12,651 nucleotides of DNA from an uncultured Deinococcales bacterium (lineage in GTDB: Bacteria > Deinococcota > Deinococci > Deinococcales > JAAFIG01): assembly GCA_964244895.1 (NCBI GenBank), contig CAXTKV010000160.1:1-12651 (forward strand), read 5' to 3'. Shown piece by piece: positions 1 to 7,653 of the stretch; the stretch's first letter is position 1; every line of letters starts with the position of its first letter. Made by a program: the position numbers and the translations under genes. Below the pieces are notes generated by a model that saw only the letters and a list, made by a program, of their open reading frames with translations, had not been told where the DNA came from and searched no databases.

Positions 1-944
1 GAACCGATCACCAGGATCACGTACAGCATCCAGCCTTCCGGCGCGAGCCCGTACAGCAGGAAGCTGATGGCGCTGACGGCCTGCCCGACGATGATGGCGC
101 GTTTCTCGCCCAGTCTGGGGATCAGCACGCGCACCAGCCCGCCCTGCACGATGGCGCTGGTCAGCCCGACGACCGCCAACGAGATGCCCGTCTGCGTGAC
201 CGTCCAGTGGTAGCGGTAGCTGGTGTACAGCACCCAGGTGCTCTGCAGGGCGTTCTGCGCGAGGTTCGTCAGGAAGATCGATCCAGCCAGCGACAGCACG
301 ACCGGGTAACGCCCGAGCGACAGCAAGGAACCGACCGGGTTGGCTCTGGCCCAGCTGAAGTTGCGTCGGTTTTCGGGTTTCAAGGATTCGGGCAGCACGA
401 ACAAGCCGTACAGGAAATTCAAAAGCGTCAGTCCCGCCGCGACCATGAACGGCACGCGCAAGCCGACGCCGCCGAGCAACCCGCCCAGCGCTGGCCCGAG
501 GATGAACCCCAGCCCGAAGGCCGCGCCGATCAATCCGAAATTCTGGGCGCGTTTTTCTGGCGGGCTGACATCGGCGATGTACGCGCTGGCCGCCGTGATG
601 CTCGCGCCCGTGATGCCCGCGATGGTGCGACCGATGAAAAAGAGTGGCAACGATTGTGCGGTCGCCAGCAGGATGTAGTCCAGACCCAATCCCAGCAGGG
701 AAATCAAGATCACCGGGCGGCGACCGTATCGGTCCGAGAGGCTGCCCAGGACGGGCGCGAAGACGAACTGCATCAGCGCGTACAGCGCGCCCAGCAAACC
801 GTAGGTGAACGATGCGCTCGAGGGATTGCCACCGGCGAATTCCTGGATCAGTTTGGGCAGGATCGGGATGACCAACCCGATGCCGATGATGTCGATCATC
901 AACGTCACGAAAATGAACGGGAGTGCGGGCTGGCGTTTGTTCAT
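1..944 (-). CDS. TCR/Tet-family MFS transporter (DHA1-like), 3' end beyond the window edge
   Basis: Manual minus-strand translation from ATG at 944: MNKRQPALPFIFVTLMIDIIGIGLVIPILP...GSLSDRYGRRPV (MFS motif A)...GRTIAGITGA...GFILGPALGG (motif C). GGAGA SD upstream. Absent from the ORF track because it is open at the edge. Confidence 0.95.
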   Translation of the reverse strand, partial: MNKRQPALPFIFVTLMIDIIGIGLVIPILPKLIQEFAGGNPSSASFTYGLLGALYALMQFVFAPVLGSLSDRYGRRPVILISLLGLGLDYILLATAQSLPLFFIGRTIAGITGASITAASAYIADVSPPEKRAQNFGLIGAAFGLGFILGPALGGLLGGVGLRVPFMVAAGLTLLNFLYGLFVLPESLKPENRRNFSWARANPVGSLLSLGRYPVVLSLAGSIFLTNLAQNALQSTWVLYTSYRYHWTVTQTGISLAVVGLTSAIVQGGLVRVLIPRLGEKRAIIVGQAVSAISFLLYGLAPEGWMLYVILVIG

Positions 945-958
945 GGTCTCTCCGGGAT

Positions 959-1003
959 GCGTCCTGCGCGCGTTCAAGAAATTGCGTTCCAGACGGTGTT
1001 CTT
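959..1003. repeat. REP-like repeat copy (degenerate inverted pair)
   Basis: TCAAGAAATTGCGTTCCAGACGGTGTTCTT at 974-1003, preceded by a degenerate reverse half (CGTCCTGCGCGCG). Lies between padR and the MFS gene. Confidence 0.7.
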
Positions 1004-1023
1004 GGTGATGCTCGAGGGTGGGT

Positions 1024-1533
1024 TCAGACGAGTCCGGTGAGCAGTTGCGCGTGCCAGTCGCGGTCGGCGCGAAGCAACATCAGTTGATGTTCGATGGCGT
1101 GATTCACGCTCCTCGAATGCGCGTGTTCCGGCACGCTTTCCAGGGTGCTGATTCGAGCCTGGAGTTCGACCAGGCGCGCTTCGAGGCACTGGCGCTGTTG
1201 GGTCGGCTCGAGTTGATCGAGGAACATCAACCCGACATCGCCCGTGGTGTTCTGCGCGGCCACATTTGAGAGCGTCTGCGCGAGCAATTCCAGAAAGCGC
1301 GCCTGCCCGGTCGGGGTCAGCTCGAAAACCTTGCGCGGCGGTCGGTTGCCTTCCTGTTCGACGCGCACGTCCACCAGACCATCCTTGTAGAACCGGTCGA
1401 GCATAGCGTACGCGGTCGGTTTCTTCAGGCTGGTGAACCGGGAAAGGTTGCGTTCGATGAAGTCGAACAGCTGGTAGCCGTGCTGCGATTGCGTGCGCAG
1501 CAGGCCGAGCAGCAGCAGGGCGTTGTGATCCAT
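1024..1533 (-). CDS. PadR-family transcriptional regulator
   Basis: 169 aa with PadR winged-HTH signatures (LLLGLL...HGYQL...Y..L.R....GLV...QEGNRPPRKVFELTPTG) and a helical C-terminal domain. GAGGTG SD. Confidence 0.93.
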   Translation of the reverse strand: MDHNALLLLGLLRTQSQHGYQLFDFIERNLSRFTSLKKPTAYAMLDRFYKDGLVDVRVEQEGNRPPRKVFELTPTGQARFLELLAQTLSNVAAQNTTGDVGLMFLDQLEPTQQRQCLEARLVELQARISTLESVPEHAHSRSVNHAIEHQLMLLRADRDWHAQLLTGLV

Positions 1534-1584
1534 TCTGGAGCACCTCGAGTCTCGAGCTTAGTCAAGGCTCGAGTAGTCGGGAAA

Positions 1585-1613
1585 AGAATAGTCAAGCTTG
1601 ACTATTCTGTCAA
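1585..1613 (-). promoter_or_regulatory. Sigma70-type promoter of padR-MFS with an overlapping 24-bp palindromic operator
   Basis: Minus strand TTGACA (1613-1608), 17 nt, TATTCT (1590-1585). Perfect palindrome AGAATAGTCAAG|CTTGACTATTCT at 1585-1608. Confidence 0.85.
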
Positions 1614-1748
1614 GTCGCGCTATGACTGATCCAGTCTGGCCCGTGAAACCGCCACCATGTTCTCGAGAATCCCGCACCGAATAATCCCGCCCTGAGTCGA
1701 ATCGATCCAAAAGATCCGAGCCCGAAATCGTTCCAAAAAGGAGATCCC

Positions 1749-2105
1749 ATGGACATCCTCAAAAACATCTTCGTGTTCGTTCACTTTCTGGGTCTGGCTG
1801 CCCTGATCGGTGGCGCGTTCGCGCAATGGAACGCGGCGGTCAAGCAGGCATCGCCGACGATGGTCTGGGGCGCTCGCGTGCAACTGATCAGCGGGATCAT
1901 CCTGCTGGCGCTGGTCGAAATGACCGAAAAACAGGTTCATCACGCGAAATTCGCCGTCAAGCTGGTCGTGCTGATCGGGATTCTCGGGATTCTCGAGTCC
2001 AGCCGCCGCCGGGGGCTGTCAAACAACGGATTCCTGGCCGCGATGGGCTTATCGATCCTGAACATCGCCCTTTCGTTGTTCTGGACGACCAGCGCCGAAG
2101 GCTGA
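1749..2105 (+). CDS. Small integral membrane protein (about 4 TM), unknown function
   Basis: 118 aa, four hydrophobic segments, AAGGAG SD upstream, host-like codon usage. Confidence 0.85.
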   Translation: MDILKNIFVFVHFLGLAALIGGAFAQWNAAVKQASPTMVWGARVQLISGIILLALVEMTEKQVHHAKFAVKLVVLIGILGILESSRRRGLSNNGFLAAMGLSILNIALSLFWTTSAEG

Positions 2106-2145
2106 CGAGAATTCTTGGGTCATCAACCCGCAAACGATCCAGCGG

Positions 2146-2191
2146 CACCGTCCAGCACACGAATCTTGGAATGCGCGCTGGACGGTGTTCT
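2146..2191. repeat. REP-like inverted pair (long form)
   Basis: CACCGTCCAGC (2146-2156) ... GCTGGACGGTG(TTCT) (2177-2191). Confidence 0.8.
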
Positions 2192-2246
2192 CCTCTCGAG
2201 CACCACGAAGCTGATCGCTCATGAGAGCCCGTGCTAGATTGCCAGC

Positions 2247-3035
2247 ATGGTCAACATTGATCTTTCAGACAAGGTCGCCCTGATCGCGGGCGTGCAGAAC
2301 GAGCATTCGCTGGCCTGGCCCGCCGCCAAAAAACTGATGGAAGCCGGATGCCGCTGCATTTTTTCCTTCCAGGGCGACCGCAACCGTCCCGCGCTCGAGA
2401 AACTGACCCAACCCTTCGGTGATCGCGTCGCGTTCCTGGATGTCTGCGACGTGACCATCGACGCCGACCTGGAGCGCCTGTTTGCCCGCATCAAAGCTGA
2501 AATCGGCAAGATCGATTACCTGATGCACGCCATCGCCTTCGCGCCGCGCCCCGCGATGGAAAACGCGTTTCTTCAGACCACCCGCGAGGACTGGAAGGTG
2601 GCTCTGGACATCAGCGCCTACAGCCTGGTGGCGCTCGCGCAGCACGCCGCGCCCGTCATGAACGACGACGGCAGCATCGTCTGCCTGACGTACTACGCCT
2701 CCGAGAAAGTCGTGGCCAAGTACAACGTCATGGGCATCGCCAAATCCGCGCTGGAAGCCACCACGCGCTACCTGGCCTACGACCTGGGGCCTCGCGGCAT
2801 TCGGGTCAACGCGGTTTCTCCCGGCCCGATGCGCACCGTGGCCGCCCGCGCCATCCCCGGCTTCACCAGCATGTACGAGAAAGCAGCCGCGACCGCCCCC
2901 ATGAAACGCAACGCCACCCACGAGGAAGTTGGCAACATGTGCCTGTTTTTGTTCTCTCCGCTGTCCAGCGCCACGACCGGCGAGACGATCTACGTGGACG
3001 GCGGGTACAGCATCATGGGCATGGCGTTTGAATAG
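2247..3035 (+). CDS. fabI: Enoyl-[acyl-carrier-protein] reductase (NADH)
   Basis: 262-aa SDR: KVALIAGVQNEHSLAW, HAIAFAP, ISAYSL, catalytic YNVMGIAK, RVNAVSPGP, YVDGG. TG-C-TAGATT lies 6 nt before the ATG, suggesting a leaderless start. Confidence 0.97.
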   Translation: MVNIDLSDKVALIAGVQNEHSLAWPAAKKLMEAGCRCIFSFQGDRNRPALEKLTQPFGDRVAFLDVCDVTIDADLERLFARIKAEIGKIDYLMHAIAFAPRPAMENAFLQTTREDWKVALDISAYSLVALAQHAAPVMNDDGSIVCLTYYASEKVVAKYNVMGIAKSALEATTRYLAYDLGPRGIRVNAVSPGPMRTVAARAIPGFTSMYEKAAATAPMKRNATHEEVGNMCLFLFSPLSSATTGETIYVDGGYSIMGMAFE

Positions 3036-3037
3036 AG

Positions 3038-3180
3038 GAGCCGCAAGCCATCAGCCGCAAGGTAAGAGCACCGTCCGGTACGGTGTTCTTTTATGCTCGA
3101 GGACACTGCTCAGGGCGGTCTTCTCGAGAAGCTGAAGCTCAGGTTTGAGCTTGCGGCTTGCGGCTCGAGCCTTGCGGCTG
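3038..3180. repeat. Composite palindromic element with a REP-like hairpin (probable fabI terminator)
   Basis: Hairpin AAGAGCACCGT-CCGGT-ACGGTGTTCTT+TT (3064-3092), flanked by AGCCGCAAG x2 and CTTGCGGCT x3 in inverted orientation. Confidence 0.7.
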
Positions 3181-3205
3181 CATTCCCCCGTGCTAGCCTT
3201 TTCGT

Positions 3206-3415
3206 GTGGCCAAACTCGTCAAGATCGGTGAGCACATCCTGGATCTGGATCGCGTGGTGTACGCGAAAGTTTTCGAGGATGGCAAACGCAAAACCGTGAC
3301 CGTGCGCCTCGAGACGGGGCTCGAGATCGTGCTGACCGATAGTGACGCGGGTTTGCGCGGCACGATCTTTCTGGAGTTGCTGCGAAAGCACACGGACGTG
3401 ACGTTCACGAGCTAA
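3206..3415 (+). CDS. Small hypothetical protein (69 aa)
   Basis: GTG start 6 nt after TG-C-TAGCCT, the same geometry as fabI. Protein-like beta-rich sequence. Ends 15 nt before the next gene. Confidence 0.7.
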   Translation: MAKLVKIGEHILDLDRVVYAKVFEDGKRKTVTVRLETGLEIVLTDSDAGLRGTIFLELLRKHTDVTFTS

Positions 3416-3430
3416 ACCTCGAGGTGGCGA

Positions 3431-3823
3431 ATGAAACGATGGGCGCTGTTGGTGATCGGGCTGGCGTTGGTGGCGTGCCCACAGACCCCGACTTCCGTGG
3501 TGGGCACGTGGCGCAGTCTGGCCGCAGAACTGACCGTGACCGAACAGGGCGGGAGCATCCAGTTCGGGTGCGCCGCTGGAACCATCGACGCGCCAATTGT
3601 GCTGAACGCCAGGGGCGAGTTCAGCGTCGACGGAACCTACACGCAGCTTTCGGGGGTCGCGCCGCCGCCGGGATCGAATCCACCGACGCCGCAGCCGACA
3701 GTCTATTCGGGCCGGGTTTCAGGGAACACCCTGAGTTTGAATGGTCGCTTTCAGAACGGCACGAATCTCGGTTCGATCACCCTCGTGCTGGACGGCCCGG
3801 CTCACGTGATTCAGTGCGCGTGA
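3431..3823 (+). CDS. Hypothetical lipoprotein
   Basis: MKRWALLVIGLALVAC lipobox, GAGGTG SD, beta-rich mature part with two further Cys and a Pro-rich loop. Confidence 0.85.
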   Translation: MKRWALLVIGLALVACPQTPTSVVGTWRSLAAELTVTEQGGSIQFGCAAGTIDAPIVLNARGEFSVDGTYTQLSGVAPPPGSNPPTPQPTVYSGRVSGNTLSLNGRFQNGTNLGSITLVLDGPAHVIQCA

Positions 3824-3827
3824 AATA

Positions 3828-3887
3828 GACCCTCCTAGACGCGATTCTCGAGTGCTCAAGAATGCGCGTAGTGGACGGTGTTCTCGA
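3828..3887. repeat. REP-like inverted pair (long form, degenerate left arm)
   Basis: TCAAGAATGCGCGTAGTGGACGGTGTTCTCGA at 3856-3887, preceded by the reverse-like GACCCTCCTAGACGCGATTC. Confidence 0.7.
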
Positions 3888-3924
3888 AATAAGGTTCAGG
3901 CAAGCGCGTCAGGTTTGAACCAGG

Positions 3925-3955
3925 AAAAAGGCTCGAGGATGATCCCTCGAGCCTT
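3925..3955 (-). terminator. Intrinsic terminator of carD
   Basis: AAGGCTCGAGG-6 nt-CCTCGAGCCTT stem with a minus-strand T-run, 20 nt after the carD stop. Confidence 0.8.
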
Positions 3956-3974
3956 CAATCATGCAGGTATCAGT

Positions 3975-4475
3975 TCAGTTGGGCTTGGTTTCCCAGGCGC
4001 TCTCGAGCATGGTGCGCACTTCGTTGCGGTCCGTCTCGAGGACTTCGGAGATCTCGTCGGCCAGGAGCTTGATTGCGCGGGCGTAGGCCTGACGATCCAG
4101 GTCAGGCAGGCCGCGTTCGTCGTCCCAACGGCGCAATTCCGCGCCCAGGGCAGCGATGCGGTACGGGTCGCCACTGGCCAGGATTTCCGTGACCTTGCGG
4201 TGGCGGGCGGCCCACTGGCGCGGCAGGCTGACGCGACCGTTGCGCAAGCGGCTCATGATCTCCGGCAGCTCGGATTCGGACAGGGCGGGGCGCAAACCGA
4301 CGCTCTGCGGGGCGTGAACGGGCACGTAGGCTTTGGAGGTGCCGTTCGGGAATTCGACCTGGTAGTACTTCAGGTTTTCATCCGCGACTTTTTTCGTCTG
4401 GATCGTGGAGACCACGCCCACGCCGTAAGGGGGAAGCACAACGCGATCACCGGGATTGTATTGCTCTTTTTTCAC
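3975..4475 (-). CDS. carD: CarD/CdnL-family RNA polymerase-binding transcription factor
   Basis: 166 aa: PGDRVVLPPYGVGVV, AYVPV..., VGLR, and RQWAARHR with the conserved Trp wedge. GTG start with AAGGAG SD. Confidence 0.95.
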   Translation of the reverse strand: MKKEQYNPGDRVVLPPYGVGVVSTIQTKKVADENLKYYQVEFPNGTSKAYVPVHAPQSVGLRPALSESELPEIMSRLRNGRVSLPRQWAARHRKVTEILASGDPYRIAALGAELRRWDDERGLPDLDRQAYARAIKLLADEISEVLETDRNEVRTMLESAWETKPN

Positions 4476-4504
4476 GCTTCACTCCTTGGGTGTTGAGATG
4501 ACCG

Positions 4505-4538
4505 AAACAAAAACGCTCGAGGCGTCAACGCTCGAGCG
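4505..4538 (-). terminator. Terminator-like hairpin inside the carD 5' leader (candidate attenuator)
   Basis: Minus strand CGCTCGAG-CGTTGACGC-CTCGAGCG followed by TTTTTGTTT, about 30 nt upstream of the carD start. Confidence 0.7.
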
Positions 4539-4653
4539 GCAAACCCACTGGAATTTTCGAGCCGAAATCACCGATCAGGATTTCGGTGCACAACATGATT
4601 TCGTTCTCGAGAACCTGCTGTCTTGCTGTTGCAGTTCCTCGATGACCTGTCAC
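4525..4653 (-). CDS. Candidate 42-aa leader peptide (uORF) upstream of carD
   Basis: GTG 8 nt after TG-C-TAAAGT (4670-4662). Reads MTGHRGTATARQQVLENEIMLCTEILIGDFGSKIPVGLPLER*, with TGA in the loop of the terminator hairpin. Below the ORF-track size cutoff and could be chance. Confidence 0.4.
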   Translation of the reverse strand: MTGHRGTATARQQVLENEIMLCTEILIGDFGSKIPVGLPLER

Positions 4654-4873
4654 GGTTGCAGACTTTAGCACGAGTTCCTTACAAATTCTAGTTTGTGACG
4701 AAAGTGACTTTATGAGAGCGATGGCGGTTCGGGCATTGCGCCTCGAGCGGTAAAGAGCCGCGAAAAGGCTCGTCCCGGACGATGTTTTTGATGCGTAAAG
4801 CGACCAGAACCGAGCCGAAAAAGATCATCCGGGAGCCCCATTCACATCAAACTGACCGGGCTAAACTGAACCC

Positions 4874-5218
4874 ATGAACGCCCCCGACACCGCATCGCCC
4901 GGACAATGGTCGAGCTTTTCCGAAGCCCGCAGCGCGATGGAAACCATGAGTCTCGAGGAACTCGAGGAAGCCATCAAGCTTCCTCGTCCGCGCTTGCTGC
5001 CGCTGGCCGCACCCGCGCTGGCGGTCGGGGTGATCGTCGTGATCGCGTCTTTTGGCCGGTTGTGGTTGCTGCCGTTCGGGCTGGCGCTGGCCATGTACGG
5101 CGCGATCACGCTCGGGCTGAACCGCACGCGGGTCACGCAATTCCGCGAGCAGTGCTACCGCGTTTACGTTCACCGCCAGGCCGACGCGATGCGCGAAGAA
5201 GCGGACGAAGACGACTGA
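4874..5218 (+). CDS. Hypothetical membrane protein (2 TM)
   Basis: 114 aa, two adjacent hydrophobic helices, acidic C-terminus. TAAACT lies 6 nt before the ATG. Confidence 0.8.
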   Translation: MNAPDTASPGQWSSFSEARSAMETMSLEELEEAIKLPRPRLLPLAAPALAVGVIVVIASFGRLWLLPFGLALAMYGAITLGLNRTRVTQFREQCYRVYVHRQADAMREEADEDD

Positions 5219-5239
5219 AATTCGTCTCCGGTTCACGGG

Positions 5240-5289
5240 GCGCCGCCCACGACACGAGTCAAGAAGTGCGTCCTGGACGGTGTTCTCGA
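5240..5289. repeat. REP-like inverted pair (long form)
   Basis: TCAAGAAGTGCGTCCTGGACGGTGTTCTCGA at 5259-5289, preceded by the degenerate reverse arm CGCCGCCCACGACACGA. Confidence 0.75.
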
Positions 5290-5428
5290 ACGGCAGACCC
5301 GAGAACGAGATCGGCCATAGCCTCGAGATTGAAGGCGCCGAACTCGCGAACGATTCCGAGCCAAAGCTGACCCCACCTAAGACTTCCGGCGGATGGAGGT
5401 TACAGACGAAGCGCGTAGACTAAAACCC

Positions 5429-6043
5429 ATGAGCGACCGCCCCAATTTGAACCTGCCCAGCCTGAACCTGTCCCGCATCCTGCACGGCGGCGGAGATGTC
5501 AGCGACAAGGGCGAAGTCTCGCACCTGCAAGTCATCCGTCCCGGCATCCACGAGGCCGACGCACCCGAAATCACCGATATCCCGCTGGCCGAACCCGCGC
5601 AGTGGCGCGCCAACGCCAGCCACGTCTCGACGGACGAGTTCTACCTCTCGGGACGCATCTCGGGCCGGGCCGTGATGGAATGCTCGCGCTGCCTGGAACC
5701 CACGATCGTTCCGTTCGATGCGCGCCTGGAAGCCCTGCTCAAGTACAACGCGCACGTCAAAGCACCGCAGCTCGAGATGACGGACGACGAGGAAGTCATC
5801 GTTTTTGGCGATCCCAGCCTGGATCTCTCTAACCTGATGGCCGAAGCCGTCAGCCTGGAATTGCCGTTCATCGTGCTGCACGCGCCGGATTGCAAGGGTC
5901 TGTGCGCGGCTTGCGGCACGAACCTGAATAACGTTCCCGCGAACACGTGCGCGGTGGCCAGAACGGATTGCCCCAACGTCGAGCACGATCACATCGACGC
6001 GGACAACCCGTTCGCCAAGCTCAGAGGCTTGCTCGAGAATTGA
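5429..6043 (+). CDS. DUF177/YceD-family protein
   Basis: ECSRCL, LDLS..MAEAVSLELP, DCKGLCAACG.NLN and C-terminal NPFAKL motifs. Start moved from 5393 to ATG 5429 because TAGACT lies 7 nt upstream. Confidence 0.92.
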   Translation: MSDRPNLNLPSLNLSRILHGGGDVSDKGEVSHLQVIRPGIHEADAPEITDIPLAEPAQWRANASHVSTDEFYLSGRISGRAVMECSRCLEPTIVPFDARLEALLKYNAHVKAPQLEMTDDEEVIVFGDPSLDLSNLMAEAVSLELPFIVLHAPDCKGLCAACGTNLNNVPANTCAVARTDCPNVEHDHIDADNPFAKLRGLLEN

Positions 6044-6144
6044 GCATCGCGCCTGAAGAACGTCTGCCACGGTGGTTTTGAACCTGGGCTCGGGGTGTCT
6101 CGAGGAATACCCCTGAAGCTTCCGCTCGCGCCTACACTCCGTTC

Positions 6145-7050
6145 ATGCCCTGGCTCGTACCGAAACCGATCGAAGCACAAGCCCAACTGGGCTTCGCGGA
6201 GTACCTCGAGACGCTCGAGGAACAGCTCTCGAACCCCGAGACGGATCGGAACGCGCTGACCAGGGAACTGCTGGCTGAATTCTGTTACGGCCAGCCGTAT
6301 CAGGCGCTGCTCGAGCGGTTGCCGATGGTGGCGCTCAACCTCGATCCGCGCAACGTCACGCTGGAAGCCGAACACTACGCGGTCACGGACGCGGAAAAGT
6401 TCGCTCGGGTCAAACCCCTGTTGTGGCTCTGGCAGAATTTTGACGCGTCGCCCGCCGGACAGTCCGTGTTTTTTGGCGTGGAATTCCGGCGCGTGCTGGC
6501 GCGGCACGTCTTCAAACGCGTCGGGCGGAACTTCAAATGCTTTCCTTTCGTGACCTTCAGCGTCGGTTACAACCTGGAAGTCGGTGACGACGTGACGATT
6601 CACCGCAACGTGCTGGTGGACGACATCGGCGGCGTGACATTGCACGACCGCGCCAGTCTGTCGGATTTCGTCAACGTCTACAGCCACACGCACAGCCCGC
6701 TGGAAGTGCCGGACGTGACCCTGAAGCACACGACCATCGGGGCTGGCGCGCGCGTGACCTACCACGCGACCGTGCTGGGCGGCACGACCCTGTCGGATGA
6801 CAGCATGATCGGCACGATGAGCGTCGTGACGCACGACGTTGAACCGCACACGGTCGCGTTCGGGATTCCGGCCCGCCCCAGAGCCATCAAGAACCGCGAC
6901 GCGAACGATCCGCGCGTGGACGTTCTGGTGGACTCGAGGGAATACAAGCGGCCCGATGACCGCAAGGGCAACGCGGATTTCCCGGATTTCACCAGCCGAC
7001 GCGATCAGACGCACGCGTTGAAAGCGGCCCGTTCGGAAGCCTCCGACTGA
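6145..7050 (+). CDS. Hexapeptide-repeat (left-handed beta-helix) acyltransferase with N-terminal extension
   Basis: 301 aa: VGRNFK, LEVGDDVTIH, YSHTH, TTIGAGARV, VVTHDVEPHTVAFGIPAR. TACACT lies 6 nt before the ATG. Confidence 0.9.
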   Translation: MPWLVPKPIEAQAQLGFAEYLETLEEQLSNPETDRNALTRELLAEFCYGQPYQALLERLPMVALNLDPRNVTLEAEHYAVTDAEKFARVKPLLWLWQNFDASPAGQSVFFGVEFRRVLARHVFKRVGRNFKCFPFVTFSVGYNLEVGDDVTIHRNVLVDDIGGVTLHDRASLSDFVNVYSHTHSPLEVPDVTLKHTTIGAGARVTYHATVLGGTTLSDDSMIGTMSVVTHDVEPHTVAFGIPARPRAIKNRDANDPRVDVLVDSREYKRPDDRKGNADFPDFTSRRDQTHALKAARSEASD

Positions 7051-7112
7051 GAAGACCGTACAGCACGCCAAATTGACGGGCTCGAGAACACCGTCCTGGA
7101 CGGTGTTCTTTT
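7050..7112. repeat. REP-like copies; short hairpin form likely terminates the acyltransferase gene
   Basis: Degenerate AGAAGACCGTACAGCACGC (7050-7068), then AGAACACCGTCC-T-GGACGGTGTTCT followed by TTT (7085-7112). Confidence 0.8.
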
Positions 7113-7140
7113 CCGACGCCCGAGGTTCCGGGCGGCACAA

Positions 7141-7181
7141 AAAATCAGCGAACGAAAACCCAAGGGTTGATCGTTCGCTGA
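7141..7181 (-). terminator. Intrinsic terminator for the low-GC minus-strand ORF
   Basis: TCAGCGAACGA...TCGTTCGCTGA stem (7145-7181), with a minus-strand T-run following. Confidence 0.75.
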
Positions 7182-7193
7182 AAACGCACCGAA

Positions 7194-7406
7194 CTAGAAA
7201 TCGTTGATGCACTCGCCGTTCAGGAACACGGAGGTTCCCTGGACAACGATTTTACTAAACTTTTGCACGGGAAACCGGATGTCTCCCATCGAAATCGCAG
7301 CCACAATCAACTCCCCTTCGATCTCGGATACGATCTCATAGGATTTTTGAGGATCCGTTTCAATTGGTTGATAATTCCCATCTTTTCCGAATAGAACTTG
7401 AAGCAT
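7194..7406 (-). CDS. Low-GC small hypothetical protein (~70 aa; alternative start 7466)
   Basis: MLQVLFGKDGNYQPIETDPQKSYEIVSEIEGELIVAAISMGDIRFPVQKFSKIVVQGTSVFLNGECINDF. AGGGTG SD-like sequence before ATG 7406, own terminator, ~43% GC over 7201-7500. Confidence 0.65.
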   Translation of the reverse strand: MLQVLFGKDGNYQPIETDPQKSYEIVSEIEGELIVAAISMGDIRFPVQKFSKIVVQGTSVFLNGECINDF

Positions 7407-7592
7407 AATTACACCCTGATAAATACTAAAAACAGACTCGAAAACCAGAATGAACCGCATGATCATACGATTCGCTGTTCGGTTGGACTTTCAAGAATCC
7501 ACACTCTGGTCAATGACCCGTGGCGCACGCGCAGGATAAAGCGTGGAACACTCGAGCGCGGCATTTTCACACCTTGAGGGATCAGTTTTGAA

Positions 7593-7653
7593 GAAAGCAC
7601 CGTCCTGCACGTATTTTCTCGAGATCAAAGAACGCCGTCCTGGACGGTCTTTT
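7593..7653. repeat. REP-like copies abutting the pyrF stop codon
   Basis: AAGCACCGTCCTGCACGTATTTTCTCGAG and hairpin AAAGAACGCCGTCC-T-GGACGGTCTTTT. Confidence 0.75.

Noticed and set aside
1..944. Calling the MFS gene tetA (acquired tetracycline resistance)
   Set aside because: Family motifs do not establish the substrate; there is no tetR or mobile context, and codon usage is host-like.
207..1040. 277-aa plus-strand ORF and nested ORFs
   Set aside because: Antisense shadow of the MFS gene, typical of GC-rich DNA, with no recognisable motifs.
4694..4709. CRP-like site TGTGA-N6-TGACT
   Set aside because: The second half-site matches only 3 of 5 positions, which is not distinguishable from chance.
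5989..7212. 407-aa minus-strand ORF
   Set aside because: Antisense to the acyltransferase and crosses terminators and repeats; the composition is not protein-like.
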